Shown piece after piece: positions 1 to 13,438 of a stretch of DNA of 64,000 nucleotides. A program made the translations under genes and the position numbers. Positions within the stretch are counted from its first letter, which is position 1, and the number at the start of each line of letters is the position of its first letter. This DNA is from the human T2T-CHM13v2.0 reference genome, Homo sapiens: assembly GCF_009914755.1 (NCBI RefSeq), contig NC_060927.1; one strand, written 5' to 3'. The notes below the pieces were generated by a model, which was not told the origin of the DNA, searched no databases, and saw only the letters and a program-made list of their open reading frames with translations.

Positions 1-1156
1 AGCTCTTGCAATACAGCTTTAAGAATCTATATCTACTTATAGACATCTGCAATTTAATAAAGATATTTGACCTTAAACATACACAGAAGGGATAATTTGA
101 TATTCTTCAGAGGCCAGCAGGCGCGTGTATTCCGCTGCTTAGTGCCCTCACAGTTAGCATTTGGCTCATCTTTAACTTGCATTTCTTTTCTGCCTGCTGC
201 CTACATTTTTCTCAGCCATGTGCTAACCAATATAACTGAATCCTCCTTTTATCTATATGATGCCACAGGATAATGCTTTCTATAATTAAATGAATTACAT
301 ATACATGCAAAGCTAAATATTAAAAGAAAAAAATAAGATACTTCTAAGCATGAATTTAATTGAGCAATATTTTATAAATATATAAAATTAATGTATAAGG
401 TTATATAATCATCATAATTTAAATATGCTCAATATAAAAACTTTAGACATATCTACAAAGCCATTACATTGAAACTCATTGTGTTTTTCCATGATTACTG
501 AGAATGTTAGAAGGCACCAATATGGATAACAGCAGTGCTACCAACAGCATCACTTTTATGTTCTATGTTTTTGTTGTTTTTTTGTGTATACTATCTCATT
601 AAATCCTTAACCTATTCAGAATGAGAGATATTATTAATTCTAATTGTACTACTAACATTAGTCCCATACTGTGGAGGAAGAAACAATTCACTATTGTAAT
701 TTCAACTGGATACTAATATAATATTAACATACTGTAAAACAAGCAGTATTTTGTAACTGTTAGAATTAAATGTGGAAAAGAAACCAAATACATATTCCAA
801 AAATAGCTCATACAGTAAAATTGTCCCCAGTATCTTGATAACATCAAGAAATCATGAATTATGTGGCATGTTAGTCTTAAATACAACTCTGTTGTATACT
901 AGACATGCAATCTTGAACATAACTATTTAATACTTTTGCTTCCCTTTTCACAAAAGAGGGATGAACATATATATACTTCAGTACAAAGTCCAATAGTTAT
1001 CATTCCTCCACCCTGCTTTCCTTGATCTGATGTGTAGTAGAATGTGAACCATTTTGGTAACCTAATTTAACATGGTACTGAAAATGTTTATTAGTATGTT
1101 AAGTGCACAGATTTGGATTGATAAATGTTATTTATCTTTTAAAACCTATTGAATTG

Positions 1157-1422
1157 GGCTGGGTGTGGTGGCTTACGCCTATAATCCCAGCACTTTGGGA
1201 GGCCAAGGAGGGCGGATTACCTGAGGTCAGGAGTTTGAGACCAGCCTGACCAACATGGAGAAACCCTGTCTCTACTAAAAATACAAAATTAGCCAGGCAC
1301 AGTGATGCATGCCTGTAATCCCAGCTACTCCGGAGGCTGAGGCAGGAGAATTGCTAGAACCCAGGAGGTGGCGGTTGTGGTGAGCTGAGATCGTGCCATT
1401 GCACGCCAGCCTCTGTCTCAAA

Positions 1423-1453
<31 letters not shown>

Positions 1454-1454
1454 A
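1157..1454 (+). mobile_element. Alu, AluSp-like
   Basis: Dimeric Alu with CTGACCAACATGGAGAAACCC (Sp-type), ~19-nt deletion before the tail, (AAAT)n tail; TSD core CCTATTGAATT on both sides. Confidence 0.95.
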
Positions 1455-3154
1455 TCCTATTGAATTTTTAAAAGAATATTTGAATTTAATATTTATTACT
1501 ATAATTTTGTACTGGAATGGACGTCTTTCCATTCCACTGGCATTTAAAAGTGCTTTCATGGATGAAGTACTATAGTGTAAAAAACTTATGCTCAAGCTGT
1601 TCTTTCAAAAATCACTCTTAAACTTTTTTTCAAAACCTCAAACCAGTTTAAATTTTTTCCTTCCTCAATTCCAACCAACTAGATGTATCCATTCGAGTAA
1701 GTTATCACATCCATGAAAAAAATCCCCATTTTCTAATCTGAATATTAAGACAACTTGGGCACGGCATGACTATGTTAATATTTGGAAACTACTGCTTCAA
1801 AGAGAAGACCTTCTTTCTTATCTTTGGAAAGAACAGTAAAAGGAAAAGCAAAATAAATCTGATCTCGCCAAACTGTTTAAATTCTAACTTCAATACTATT
1901 CAGTATTAATAAAATATATAGACACAAAGGTAAACCTTGTTAAACTGAAAACTCCAGCTACTGTTACCACATAATAAAAGAACAGAGTATAAAGACTTTC
2001 ACTATTTATAAGCTTATATTATTATTAGGTGTTAAGAATGTAACACAAATAAAATATAAGGCCTGCAGAAAAAGCAAATGGATTGACCTTGACAGGCAGT
2101 ATGTGCCTTTGCTGGATCACATTATTAATCAATGATAACATCTCTGAAAAGGTTAACACCTTTGAAACACCCAAAAGTAAAATACTTTTCAAATAAAAGT
2201 AAACAATATGCACAATTTTTCTCTGTGGCAACCTTAAAACCAATTTGGTAATGCTATATCTTATTTACAAGCTGAATCATTTCTCAAACCAATGAATAAT
2301 AAAATGTCTTGCAGAAATATCAAAGGTCTAAGTCAGATAAATCAAGTTTTTCTTAAATATTTACTATGTTATTTGGCCTTTTATAATATATAATGAAAAA
2401 CTAACAAAATGTAATCCATTAAAAACTGTTGCTTAGATAATGCTCATATGATTGTTTTTGCAGCTGTAAAGCATAAAACTTCAGTATTGCCCATGACTAT
2501 GGCAATTCTGCATAAAGTTATGAATTTAATATTTTTCTTCTCTCTTCTAAAACTAATTTTTCTTTCTTATACTTATCCCAAAGATTTCCTTTTGGGGGAA
2601 AATAATATGGTGCCACCTTATAAAACTATATGAAACTTTTAGTTAAACTGTCCAGTTTTCAAAATTCATGAGTACACTTAAGTCATCACAATAAAAATGA
2701 AATTCAAATGATTTGCAGCATTTTGGCAGAAAAACCAAAAGCATCCATAAGTATTCCCAGATAAATCTTTTGAAAAGCTTCTCCTTTTCTCCTTTAACCA
2801 TTTCTATTAACCAAAGTATATATACTTTTAATGTTTCTTGATTTGAATCGTATGAAAATTTTAATTTGGAATTGTCAAAAAGGTCTAATACTAATTTGAA
2901 AAGAGCAAGTAGCATGCATAGTGTATCCAAGTAGATATCACCTAAAAAGGTATTAAATCAGAGTTCCCACTAAGATTGTAACAATATAATGTTTCTTTCA
3001 TATTTGTGTAGTTTTATTTTATGTGTATAGTTTGGTACATATAATTTAACTCAACAGCATTTCATTTTTTATTCTATTAAATTAGAGGAAACATACATTT
3101 CATTAAATATTTGAATCCTAGAAGGTTTTTTCTTTAAAAAAAAGTGGTTCACTG

Positions 3155-3438
3155 GGCCGGGCGCAGTGGCTCACGCCTGTAATCCCAGCACTTTGGGAGG
3201 CCAGCAGGCAGATCACGAGGTCAGGAGATCGAGACCATCCTGGATAACAAGGTGAAACCCCGTTTCTACTAAAAATACAAAAAATTAGCCGGGCTTGGTG
3301 GCGGGCACCTGTAGTTGCAGCTACTCAGGAGGCTGAGGCAAGAGAATGGTGTGAACCCAGGAGGTGGAGCTTGCAGTGAGCCAAGATCACACCACTGCAC
3401 TCCAGCCTGGGCAACAGAGCAAGACTCCATCTCAAAAA

Positions 3439-3481
<43 letters not shown>

Positions 3482-3495
3482 AATAAAATAAAAAA
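3155..3495 (+). mobile_element. AluY
   Basis: GATCACGAGGTCAGGAGATCGAGACCATCCTGG and GAGCTTGCAGTGAG (Y-type); (AAAT)n tail; TSD-like AAAAAAAGT(GG)TTCACT. Confidence 0.95.
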
Positions 3496-4276
3496 GTTCA
3501 CTAATTGTACAAAACATAACAAAGCATATAATCACTACTTTTTGAAAACTTTACATCAATTTTAACACAATTCTCAAAATAAGTAAACACGTTTTCAGAA
3601 AAGAATTCTAAAATTCAGTGGTGTCTTTGCAACTTATCTGGGTAATATTAAGATAGGAAGCAAAGCAGAATAAAAAAAGTTAAACAGAAAGTGTTCCAAG
3701 TAATATGGAGACTTTACTACTTGCAAAACAGTCTTTAAGTGCATTGAGGAAATTTTAGAACTGAAACATAACATTACAGAATGGGCAGAGATCTTTGACA
3801 ACATATAATCAATCCCATAAACAGAGACAACCAAGTCCCAGGAAGCTTTGCTTGTGTTATTTATGAGAAGGGGACCAGAAGAAAACCCAGGTATTCTGAT
3901 TACCAGTGAAGCATTATTTTTTGTTGTTTTGCTTGTTTACCACGTGACTATTGTAATGTAAAAATCCAATTGTTCTATCTAATCCATTGTATTTCCAATA
4001 AATTCACTTTATTATTGCAAAAGGCTTGACTTATGGCGATTGTGCATCACTGCGCTACAGTCTCACCACTATCCAATCTTGGTAGGCTCAAGTGCTCAAG
4101 TGAAATTTGAACAACTCATTGTGAATATTTGTGAACTACATACAATGCCTTTACCTACATGAATCATAGAATCTCAGTGCGGTTAGGGGCTTGATAGATG
4201 TGTGATCTGCACTTTTTTGTTTTAGAAATTAATAAATTAAGGCTCCTCGGGGGAGAGGAGCATGCCACATAAATAG

Positions 4277-4301
4277 TAATAATAATAATAATAATAATAA
4301 T
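4277..4301. repeat. (AAT)n microsatellite
   Basis: About 8 AAT units read directly. Confidence 0.9.
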
Positions 4302-4334
4302 GTCAGCAATATAATAATGATGTTAGCAATGGCT

Positions 4335-4490
4335 GATGCTAATTGAACATTTACTGTGTAAGGAACCTTAGTAAGTAACAATTCATTTAATACTCATAAC
4401 AAGTCTATGACAAAGTGAATGTATTGGTTTTGATTCACAGGTGAGGAATTTGTAGGATGCAGTGGCCAAGCTAGAATATAGAACTCCAGT
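4335..4490 (-). mobile_element. MIR relic
   Basis: TTCATTTAATACTCATAACAAGTCTATGA...CACAGGTGAGGAA resembles the reverse-complement MIR core. Confidence 0.65.
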
Positions 4491-6499
4491 ATGTAAAGAA
4501 CACTCCTCTACCAAGTTGCCTGCCTATCTGGTCTTAACATAGTGTTCATAATTCTAAATACACAAGTATCATGATATAATTAATATTTCAGACTCATTCT
4601 ATTGTAACATAAGTGAGAAATTTCCCTCCTGACAATCATATGGCTATCTTTGAATATATTCTGCATTCCTGTGTTTTTTCAGATTATTTTTCTTGGAAGA
4701 GGACACTACATTTTCAGAATAATATTGAGAATTAGATTTCATTATTCATAAAACATATGATGTGCTAATTTTTATCAATGCTTCCTTTTATATTTCAACC
4801 AGAAAATGATTGAAAAAGCTGTATATTAAGAAGCATTTTAATTAAATATGGGCAATTTAATTAGAAGTGGGTATCTTGGGAAAAATAGGGGAAGATATTC
4901 TGCAGTCCTGGGATTTATTTTTTTCTACTTCCATTGATAAAGACTACTTTATCAATGAAATCTTGCAGCAAATAGTAACCTCTTGTCAACTAGGAAAAAA
5001 AATAAAATGAATCCCTTAAAAACTAAGGTGTATTGGAGGAGAAAATAAAGACGAGGTAAATAAAGACAACTCTATAAATGCTAAATAGCAACCCATTTCT
5101 GTTGCCATGTACCATTTTAATTGTTTTCAAAATTATTACTCACATACATAGTCATAGTACAGAAAATATTACTTACTTTTATGACACTCCTAGTTCCCTG
5201 TCTGAACACCAACGTCATGCTGATGTAAATAAGTGTAATTTAATATCAAAATAACTATCATTCTTTCATTTAACACATCTGCACTGAGCACATACTTTGT
5301 GTCTGGCAGCTGTGCTATAACTCTTGTATCTTCCTTGCAGTGAAGTATATGTAAAATGTTGACGTCTGTCAAAAAACATTAATATTCACCTTTTTGGGAA
5401 ACAGTAATACAATAGGGTCTTATTGCAGGTTATTTTGAATTAAGAGATAAATTTTGAAGGCTGGATCAGAAAGCATATCATAAAGTCTTCTATAACTATT
5501 TTCAGTCTTACTTTTTAGCTGACAGCACTGCCCAGAAGAACGAAGTGCTGTTCTTTGTACAAATGTGTGAAAAATTTCTTAATATTTATTAAATAATTTC
5601 AAACTTTAAAAAATATTCCAACAAAAGGATAAATGTACAGAAAGATAAACCATTGAAGAGGAAAACTAAAATAATAACAAGTAAAATAATATTCCATCAA
5701 ATATTATCCATCTTACAACACCATCTTGTAAAGCTAAGGAATTTGTTTCTAAAAAAGATGCATGTGAACATCAATTCTGTATAAAGTTTCCTAAAGGTAC
5801 TCATTTAATTTTTAAAATTTGACACTGAATATATCTAGGAATATTCTACAATAAGTATGTCTTCTACTTGTATTTTTCTTATATCATGCAACTTTGTTTT
5901 TAAACCTTAAATTATGCTTTGCTTAGGACCCTGGAAGAAAATATGCTGGTAGAAGCACTTTTGAAGATTGGACAAAACTCTTATGTCCTAACCTAGGAAA
6001 GGAGTACTTTTATTCAAAAATTGTACATTCTGAAAATCTGATATAGCGGATGGATGGCAAATATCACTCAACATTATATGATAACAACGTAACATGAATG
6101 AACACAAGGCATTGCAGATAAAATGAGAAGAATTACCAGAATAAAAACAATTACTAGCAAATTGTTTATTTACATACTGTATGATGGAGAAGCAAGCTAA
6201 CTTAAATACAGTTGTATGTTTCTGCAATCTGCTGGGCTGTAGAAACGGGGCCATGTTGTCTCTGGTCTTTTAATTGTTAGAATTACATCCAGATTGGGTT
6301 CAAGCTTAAACCACATTCACATTTTGCAGAAATATGAACATCATAATGACACTTCCTGTACTGCCGTGCAAAATACTCCCTAGTGCTTATTCCAACAGCA
6401 CTAAGTCTTCAGGACAAAGAGAAGGTAAGTTTGGCATAGTAGGTTTCAGTTAAAATTTGTAATGTGTTCTAGAGAAAAGTGTACATCAGTAAGGATCAA

Positions 6500-6732
6500 T
6501 TTTTTTTTAATTTGATTTTAAGTTCTGGGATACAAGTGGAGAGTGTGTAGGTTTCTTACATAGGTATACATGTGCCATGGTGGTTGGCTGCACCTATCGA
6601 CCTGACATCTAGGTTTTAAGCTCCACACGCGTTAGCTATTTGTCCTAATGCTCTCCTTCCCCTTGCCCTTCTCTGCCCCTCAACTGGACCTGATGTGTGT
6701 TGTTCCCCAACCTGTGTCCATGTGTTCTCATT
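6500..6732 (-). mobile_element. L1 3' end fragment, L1PA8-like
   Basis: poly-T then TTTAAGTTCTGGGATACA...CATGTGCCATGGTGGTT...AGGTTTTAAG...TGTCCTAATGCTCTCC...TGTGTCCATGTGTTCTCATT, i.e. antisense L1 3'UTR. Confidence 0.9.
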
Positions 6733-7494
6733 AGAATCAACATTTAAATAGTTAATATTCAGTGGACTTGAAAGTCTGGTAGATCATTTTAAAATGTATC
6801 ACCAAAGTAAGTCAAATGGCTAAAATCATATGTTCTAACTTAAAGTCAGTAACTTACTGTATGTTTGCATTTTATACACTTTAAAATAACCTATAAATGA
6901 TAGATTTATTTTAAAAGTTCACTTTTTACAGGACATCATTTTATACAGTAATATTTGTAGATGTGTTTATTTATGAATCAGAAACAGAAGTCTAGAATGT
7001 CAGAATCACAACACAGATTCTTTCACTATTCTGTGATTTTAACAGGTACGTTCACAATGACTCAGTTATTTCCATAAAAAACAGAGAGTTTTACACTCTA
7101 TCTTGATAGGGTTATTATGAAAGCTAATTATTTAATGTTTATACAGGACTTGCCATTTATATGGTGCATTACATCTGCAAAGAAGTATTGCTATTAGTCA
7201 CTATGTAAGGAATTGCCAAATTTCTCAGCTGCCAGTACAAATGGAAAGGAGGACAAAGAATGCCATTGATGAGGGTTTTAAAGTGCCAGAGCAAAAGTCA
7301 CACTCAGGAGTAGCCTGGCAGGGTTAAAAAAACACAGACAAAATGAGGATATCTGAGCTACGGGACCCTGATTAGGGCAAGACAAGCATGCATTCTTTCT
7401 TTTGTAAAATCCAACTTTTTATGTAGCCTTGCAGCAAGAGTCCTCAATCAAAGAAATATGCTTCTGTATTTATTGCCTGGCTCTTTGTATCTGA

Positions 7495-7595
7495 AGGTCA
7501 GCTCCATGAGAACAGGGAATTTGTGATTATCCCCTAGTATTTCCAGTGCCCAGGACAACATCCAAGACACAGGAGGTATCCAGTAAATGTTTACT
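7495..7595 (+). mobile_element. L2 3' end relic
   Basis: AGCTCCATGAGAACAGGGAATTTG...CCAGTGCCCAGGACAAC...CAGTAAATGTTT resembles the L2 terminus. Confidence 0.7.
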
Positions 7596-7619
7596 ACACT
7601 TTCCAATATGCTAAGTAGT

Positions 7620-8720
7620 AGATTTTAAATGGTGGCTTGCATTGGCGGGAGTTCTATAGTTGTAGTGCTTGGGGTATAGGGAGGTAGACACACATATTCA
7701 AATAAACACATACATATACAACTATAATTGTGATACATGTCATGAAGGAAGGTATAGGAGGCTGTATGAGAGAATAATGAGAAACATAATTTAAATTGGA
7801 GGTGAGGGAATAGTAAGGAAGTAACAGTTAAGGTGAAGCCTGAGTAATGAGTAAAACTTATCCTTGGGAAGTGCATTGCAGGCACAGGAAATACTTCAGG
7901 TGAGGAAAAATCCTGGTACACTGGAAAAGCCTTGGATGCCGTGTAGTGGTACCGGTGGAGAGCAAAACAAGACAACCTTGGTAGGGACGACAGGGACCAG
8001 ATTTGCTATGCACAGCAGCCATGAGCAAGGGTAAGCTTTTATTTTAATTCCAATGAGAAGCCACTGGAGTCTTAAGCAACATAGTGTTATAATGAAATTC
8101 TCATACTTCAGTGTTCATTCTAGCTGCTCTGTGAATGAAATGGAGAGGGAAGTAATAATGGACGTGGAGGCCAGGTGTGGTGGCTCAGCGCATAATCCCA
8201 GCATTTTGGAGGCAGATGCTGGAGGATGGCCTGAGCCCAGGAGTTGGAGACCAGCCTGGGAAACATAGTGAGACACTGTCTCTACAAAAAACAAAATGTA
8301 CAAAATTAGCTAGGCATGGTGGTGCTCACCAGTGGTTCTGGCTAGTGGGGAGACTGAGGTAGGAGGATCGCTTGAGCCTGGGAGATTGAGGCCACTTTGA
8401 GACATGATTGCACTACTGCATTCCAGCCTGAGCAACAGAGCCAGACCCTGTTTCAAAAAAATAAACAAACAAAAAAGGAAGTATAGAGACCAATTAGAAG
8501 GCTACTGAAGTAATTACAGGTAAAATGGTGATGGTTTTATACCATGATTATGATACCAGATTTGACACAATAGTGACAGATTGGAGGTACCTTTTGTTGG
8601 CAAAAATCAAAATGATTTATTGAAGGGCTGAAGTTGACAGAGAAAGACATTAATAATAACACCCAGGTTTCTAATCTGAGTAACTGATCATGCCATTTTC
8701 AAGGTACAGGAGAATAGGTA
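7620..8720 (-). mobile_element. L2 relic interrupted by AluJ
   Basis: Purine-rich antisense L2 motifs GAGAAGCCACTGGAGTCTTAAGCA and GAGACCAATTAGAAGGCTACTGAAGTAAT either side of the Alu. Confidence 0.65.
8169..8476 (+). mobile_element. AluJ
   Basis: GGAGGATCGCTTGAGCC/GAGCCCAGGAGTT J-type motifs, dimeric, A-rich tail. Confidence 0.92.
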
Positions 8721-9858
8721 GACAATATATAAGTAAATCCTTCTACGAGGAGGAACAACAGAACAAAAGATATCCTTATTTTTTAAAAAATTTAAAACAT
8801 GATTTGAGAGTATAGAGTCTGATATGAAAATTGTTTCATTGGTTAAAAAATATTATGGCTTTAAATTCAGCCCTTGATTTTGAGCTATTTGGATCTATAT
8901 GCTACCATATTTCAAATCTTATTTGCTAACTGATAATATTCATTGATCAATGAATTCATACTTTAATTTTGGGGATGACAAATTTTAATCTAGTTTGATC
9001 CATATCATGTATTTTTTAACTGAAAAACTCAAATACATCTGATACATTCTAAGTTTATAAATGTATATATACAACATATGTGGATTATATATATATGTAT
9101 GTATAATACAGACACGTGACATACATGACCGCTAGTCATTGATATACTGTGATGGTAACACTAAGCACCAAATTATGGTAAAAACAAAACAAAACAAAAC
9201 AAAAAACACTCAGTTATTTTGATTGGAAAATGAAAATAACTCAAAACATGGGTCATTTCCAAGGACTGCCATAAATTAAGCTCAATAACATATTAAATCA
9301 ATAACAATAAAATGAATAACACACTAAAGGATATGATAAATCAATATTTAAGGACACAAGAACTAATAACATATTAAAGAATATTCTACAATTGGAATGC
9401 ACAAAAAGTTCACAGCATTTCACTTTCACATATGTAAAGCATATGTAAAATTCCCTGCAATTACACTGAATCCCAAAAATCTTATGGATTTTGTGATTCA
9501 CTTAATCATTCATTCAATAAAAGTACAACACACTATATTTGGTGATGGTAGCTAGTAAGATAAACAAGACAAAGTCTCTGCTTTCAGGGCACTTATTTCA
9601 GAATTTTTCTCTCTCCTTTGTGTGTGCGTGTGTGCATGTGTGTATGTGTGTGTATTTCATAGCATGCTTTGTTTAATTGAAATTTTAGATAAAAGTCTAA
9701 TATGCAAAACAAATAAAGGAGATACTATTTTACTTTTCCACCTTGGGCTATCCTGCAGAAGAGTTCATTCAGGTCTAGTGGTCCTGAAGAAAAGGCTCAA
9801 AAGTCACCAGTAAAAAACAACAACATAATGTGAATAACAGCTCATATAGAATCATAAC

Positions 9859-10172
9859 TTTTTTATTTTTTATTTTATTTTTTTGAGATAGTTTCACTCT
9901 TGTCACCCAGGCTGAAATGCAGCAGCACAATCCACAATCTCAACTCACTGCAACCTCCGCCTTCTGGGTTCAACTGATTCTCCTGCCTCAGCCTCCCAAG
10001 TAGCTGGGATTACAGGCAAGCACCACCATGCCCAGCTAATTTTTGTACTTTTAGTAGAGACAGGGTTTCGCAATGTTGGCCAGGCTGGTCTCAAACTCCT
10101 GACCTCACGTGAGCCACCTGCGTCAGCCTCCCAAAGTGGTGCGATTAAAGGTGTGAGCCACTGCGTGTGGCT
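9859..10172 (-). mobile_element. Alu, AluSq/Sx-like
   Basis: Antisense dimeric Alu; exact TSD AGAATCATAACTTT (9848-9861 and 10174-10187). Confidence 0.95.
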
Positions 10173-10414
10173 GAGAATCATAACTTTAATCTTAGTACAA
10201 CCTTCCCTACTTCCACTCCCACTCGCAATTGCAAATGAGGACACATAGGTGATGCAAGGACTCAAGGTTGCACGATGAGTGATCGAACACAACCTGAAAC
10301 AGATGTTTTCAACTTTTATTTTCATAAAGACACACATATCTTTTAAGTGCCTGAAAAAGACTAGAGTGTTTTCTAATTTAAATATTTTCTGGGAAACAAA
10401 GGCATGCGCACATG

Positions 10415-10443
10415 CACACACACACACACACACACACACTCAC
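10415..10443. repeat. (CA)n microsatellite
   Basis: CA run read directly. Confidence 0.9.
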
Positions 10444-11222
10444 AAACTCACACTTCTTTACCCTCTCAAGCCCACAATACCAGCAGTTAAATAGGAGAAG
10501 GATTAAAAGGAGTTTTCAAATTTTACGGAGCAGGGGTGATAATGGTAACAGTCTCAAGGGGGAAGAATCCTCACAGTTTAAAATGATCTCATTAAAACCT
10601 CCCTAGTAATTGGGAAGAACTAGAGAAAATAGCTATTGAATTGAAAACAAACAAACAAACTCTTCCCACCAATGTATCTTTGTGAAGCATAATTAAGGTT
10701 GCCAATTATAACATCCCCTCCCCACACAACCCAAAGGAATATTTCAGTGATAGAAAAAACCAAGTCTAAATAGCATACACAGAAACACATGAACTAAACA
10801 AAGGGATCTTTAATTGGTGACAGTCTGCCCTAAATCACTTTTATTATTGCTGAACATAACGTTCAGATCTGTTAATTCCTTGTATCTTCCCCTATCAGAG
10901 CCTGTCTTTGGCTTCAAAATAATAATGCCAAATACCTAACAGGGCTCTGAATCTCCAAGGAAAATAACAAGCATGCGATTGTGTAGCTGCGTGAGCTGTG
11001 TTTTCCTAACAAACTACAGAGCCCTTGGGAGAGTCTGCTCAGCCATCAGCTCTGGCAGACAAAGTTTAAGACCTCCTCTGGATGATAGCTAGAATCACGC
11101 TAACAACTCTGACTTAAGGTACTTGAGATTAAATTAGCAGAAAGTGAATCATTTTATTATTCTTATTAATGATGCTATCTTTTCCAGTAATTGTTTTATG
11201 TAATTATAAAATTCATTCCTCA

Positions 11223-11532
11223 CTGGGGGCAGTGGCTCACGCCTGTAATCCCTGCATTTGGGAGGCCGAGGCAGGAGGACTGCCTGCGCCCAGCAGTTTG
11301 AGACCAGCCTGGGCAATACAGTGGGACACCTGTCTCTACAAAAAATATATATAAAAAAATAGCTGGGTGTGGTGGCACAGGCCTGTAGTCCCGCTACTTG
11401 GAAGGCTGAGGTGGGAGGATTGCTTGAGCCCAGAGGTCAAGAAGGCTTCAGTGAGCCATGGTCATGCCACTTCACTCCAGCCTGGGTGACAGAGTGAGAC
11501 CCTATCTCAAAAAAAAAAAAAAAAAAAAAAAA
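11223..11532 (+). mobile_element. AluJ
   Basis: J-type motifs GGAGGATTGCTTGAGCCCAG, long pure poly-A tail, TSD-like AAAAT(T)C(A)T(T)CCTCA. Confidence 0.93.
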
Positions 11533-11887
11533 TCCTCCTCAGGACATATTGGAAGCCAAAGAAAAAATATTGAACATGGCAAACAATTCAATAAAAACAA
11601 ATACTACTCTCTCAAAGTGAAGATCTTTAATTATTAACCATTACTAAATGTTATTTGTGTGTGTGTTGATTGTGTCTATTTTTAATATCAGTTCATGGAA
11701 ATAGAGTGTTTACAATGGAGGAAATTTTTGTGCTACAGAAGTCACATCTTCAGCAACCCCTCACCTGAACCTCACTCTCAGTATCAGCTGAGTTTACTAT
11801 ATACAAAACACCTGCAATCAACAAGATGGCTAACCCATGTTCTGGAGAGTTACACATTGCCTGTGAGGCAATGGGAAGAAACTCTGG

Positions 11888-12381
11888 CTCTTTTCCTGTT
11901 ACCCCAAATCACGCAGAGACAGAGGCTGAAGTGTTTCCACCACCAGGAACCCACCTGCGTGGCCTAGGAAGGCATTGCTGCGAGAGCTGTGATGGACACT
12001 AACACTGCTTTGCAAGAGGTGCTGGAGAGCGCCTTCATCCATGAGGGCCTGGCGTGTGGGATTCGTGGTGGCGCCAAAGTCTGAAACAAGGGCCAAGCCC
12101 ATCTTTGTGCTCTTGCAAGCAAATGTGATGAGCCTATACGTATGTCAAATTGGTGAAGGTTCTTGTGATGAACACCAAATCAACCTGTTAAGGCTGATGA
12201 CAACATGATACTAGGGAAATGGTTGGGTATCTGTGAATCTCACAGGGGAAAACATGTAAAGTGGTTGGTTGCAGTTGTGTGATAGTTAAGGTCTATGATA
12301 AAGAATCTCAGGCCACGCATGTCATCAAAGACTACTTCAAATCCAAAAAAAATGAACAAATAGAACACTTAAAAAAAAAAA
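11888..12381 (+). pseudogene. RPS12P: RPS12 (40S ribosomal protein eS12) processed pseudogene
   Basis: TOP-like 5' end CTCTTTTCC; from 11959 translates [35 protein letters not shown] versus RPS12 [36 protein letters not shown]; later [32 protein letters not shown]. Intronless, ATG mutated to GTG, TAG at codon 3, further stops/frameshifts, poly-A remnant 12371-12381. Confidence 0.95.
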
Positions 12382-12949
12382 GCGAACGAGAGAAATAAGC
12401 TATGGTTAAAGTTGCCCCTCCAAAGGTTCTATTTTACAGCATAAGAATTGAGTTAAAAAATAAAATCATTTTGTGCCATTTTTAAGTGCATCCAATAAGC
12501 TATAAAGACCACCATGATTTGAGGCCCCCTCTTGTCCATTTAAATATATGTATAAATAGCTGTTTTTTCAGTTGTCAATTTTATATTACTCATTTTTCTC
12601 TCAGAACTTCTATTTCCATTTTAATTCCCACCGAATTTTATCCTCATGCAGTAGGCTTCTGTCTGACAGATTTGTTGTTTATTAATTATTGTAACACAGT
12701 TCATTGCTTTGAAATAAGGAACTGTGGAACATTTTCTATTTTTGCTGCCCCAGAGGTCTTCACATCTCTGAAAATGCACCATAGAAAGATCGAGGCATCT
12801 AAACAGCATGCCTTTTAACGTAAAAAATATGCAAAAATGAAAGGAGACATATCAAAGGGGAATTCCACAACAGGACATTTTCAGTCACCTCAGTTTTAGG
12901 AATGATATCTATGGAGAGTGAGAATCTGGACAACATAAAACTACCATGC

Positions 12950-13268
12950 TGATGTGGTTTGACTGTATTCCCACGTGTTGTGGGAGGAACCCAGTGGGAG
13001 ATAATTGAATTATGGGAGTGGTTTCCCCCATGCTGTTCTCATGGTAGTGAAAGTCTCACGAGATCTGACGGTTTTATATGGGGAAACCTCTTGGGCTTGG
13101 CTCTCACTCCTCTTTTCCGCCGCTATGTGAGACGTGACTTTCACCTTCCGCCATGATTGTGAGGCCTCCCCAGCCATGTGGAACTGTGAGTCCATTAAAC
13201 CTATTTATTTTGTAAATTACCCATTCTCAGCTATGTCTTTGTCAGCAGCATAAAACCAGACGAATACA
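12950..13268 (+). mobile_element. THE1 (ERVL-MaLR) solo LTR, THE1C-like
   Basis: TGATGTGGTTT...CCATGATTGTGAGGCCTCCCCAGCCATGTGGAACTGTGAGTCCATTAAACC...AATACA; perfect 5-bp TSD CATGC; ~40-nt deletion near the 5' end between CCCAC repeats. Confidence 0.95.
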
Positions 13269-13344
13269 CATGCCTATATACCTCTAAAATCTAAAGGTAC
13301 CCTGGTAAAAACACACTACACTGAAAATTTATGTATAATTTTAG

Positions 13345-13438
13345 GTAATTATAAAATTCATTCCTCACTGGGTGCAGTGGCTCATACCTGTAATCCCTGC
13401 ATTTGGGAGGCCGAGGCAGGAGGACTGCCTGAGCCCAG
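13345..13438 (+). repeat. 94-bp local copy of 11200-11293 (unique flank plus Alu 5' end)
   Basis: GTAATTATAAAATTCATTCCTCACTGGG...GGACTGCCTG.GCCCAG present twice with 4 mismatches. Confidence 0.93.

Noticed and set aside
108-160. Small CpG cluster with partial CTCF-like words (GCCAGCAGGCGCG; GAGGGCACTA on minus)
   Set aside because: Neither fits the CTCF core well and the context is cut by the window edge
1513-1536. 9-bp inverted repeat TGGAATGGA/TCCATTCCA (paired TEAD-like motifs)
   Set aside because: Short enough to occur by chance; no supporting context
11695-12102. ORFs 11695-11967 (+) and 11899-12102 (-)
   Set aside because: Off-frame or antisense readings across the RPS12 pseudogene; no independent coding signal
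13368-13438. Independent FLAM/Alu monomer insertion
   Set aside because: Shares unique flank and private mutations with the AluJ at 11223 and has no tail or TSD, so it was treated as a local copy
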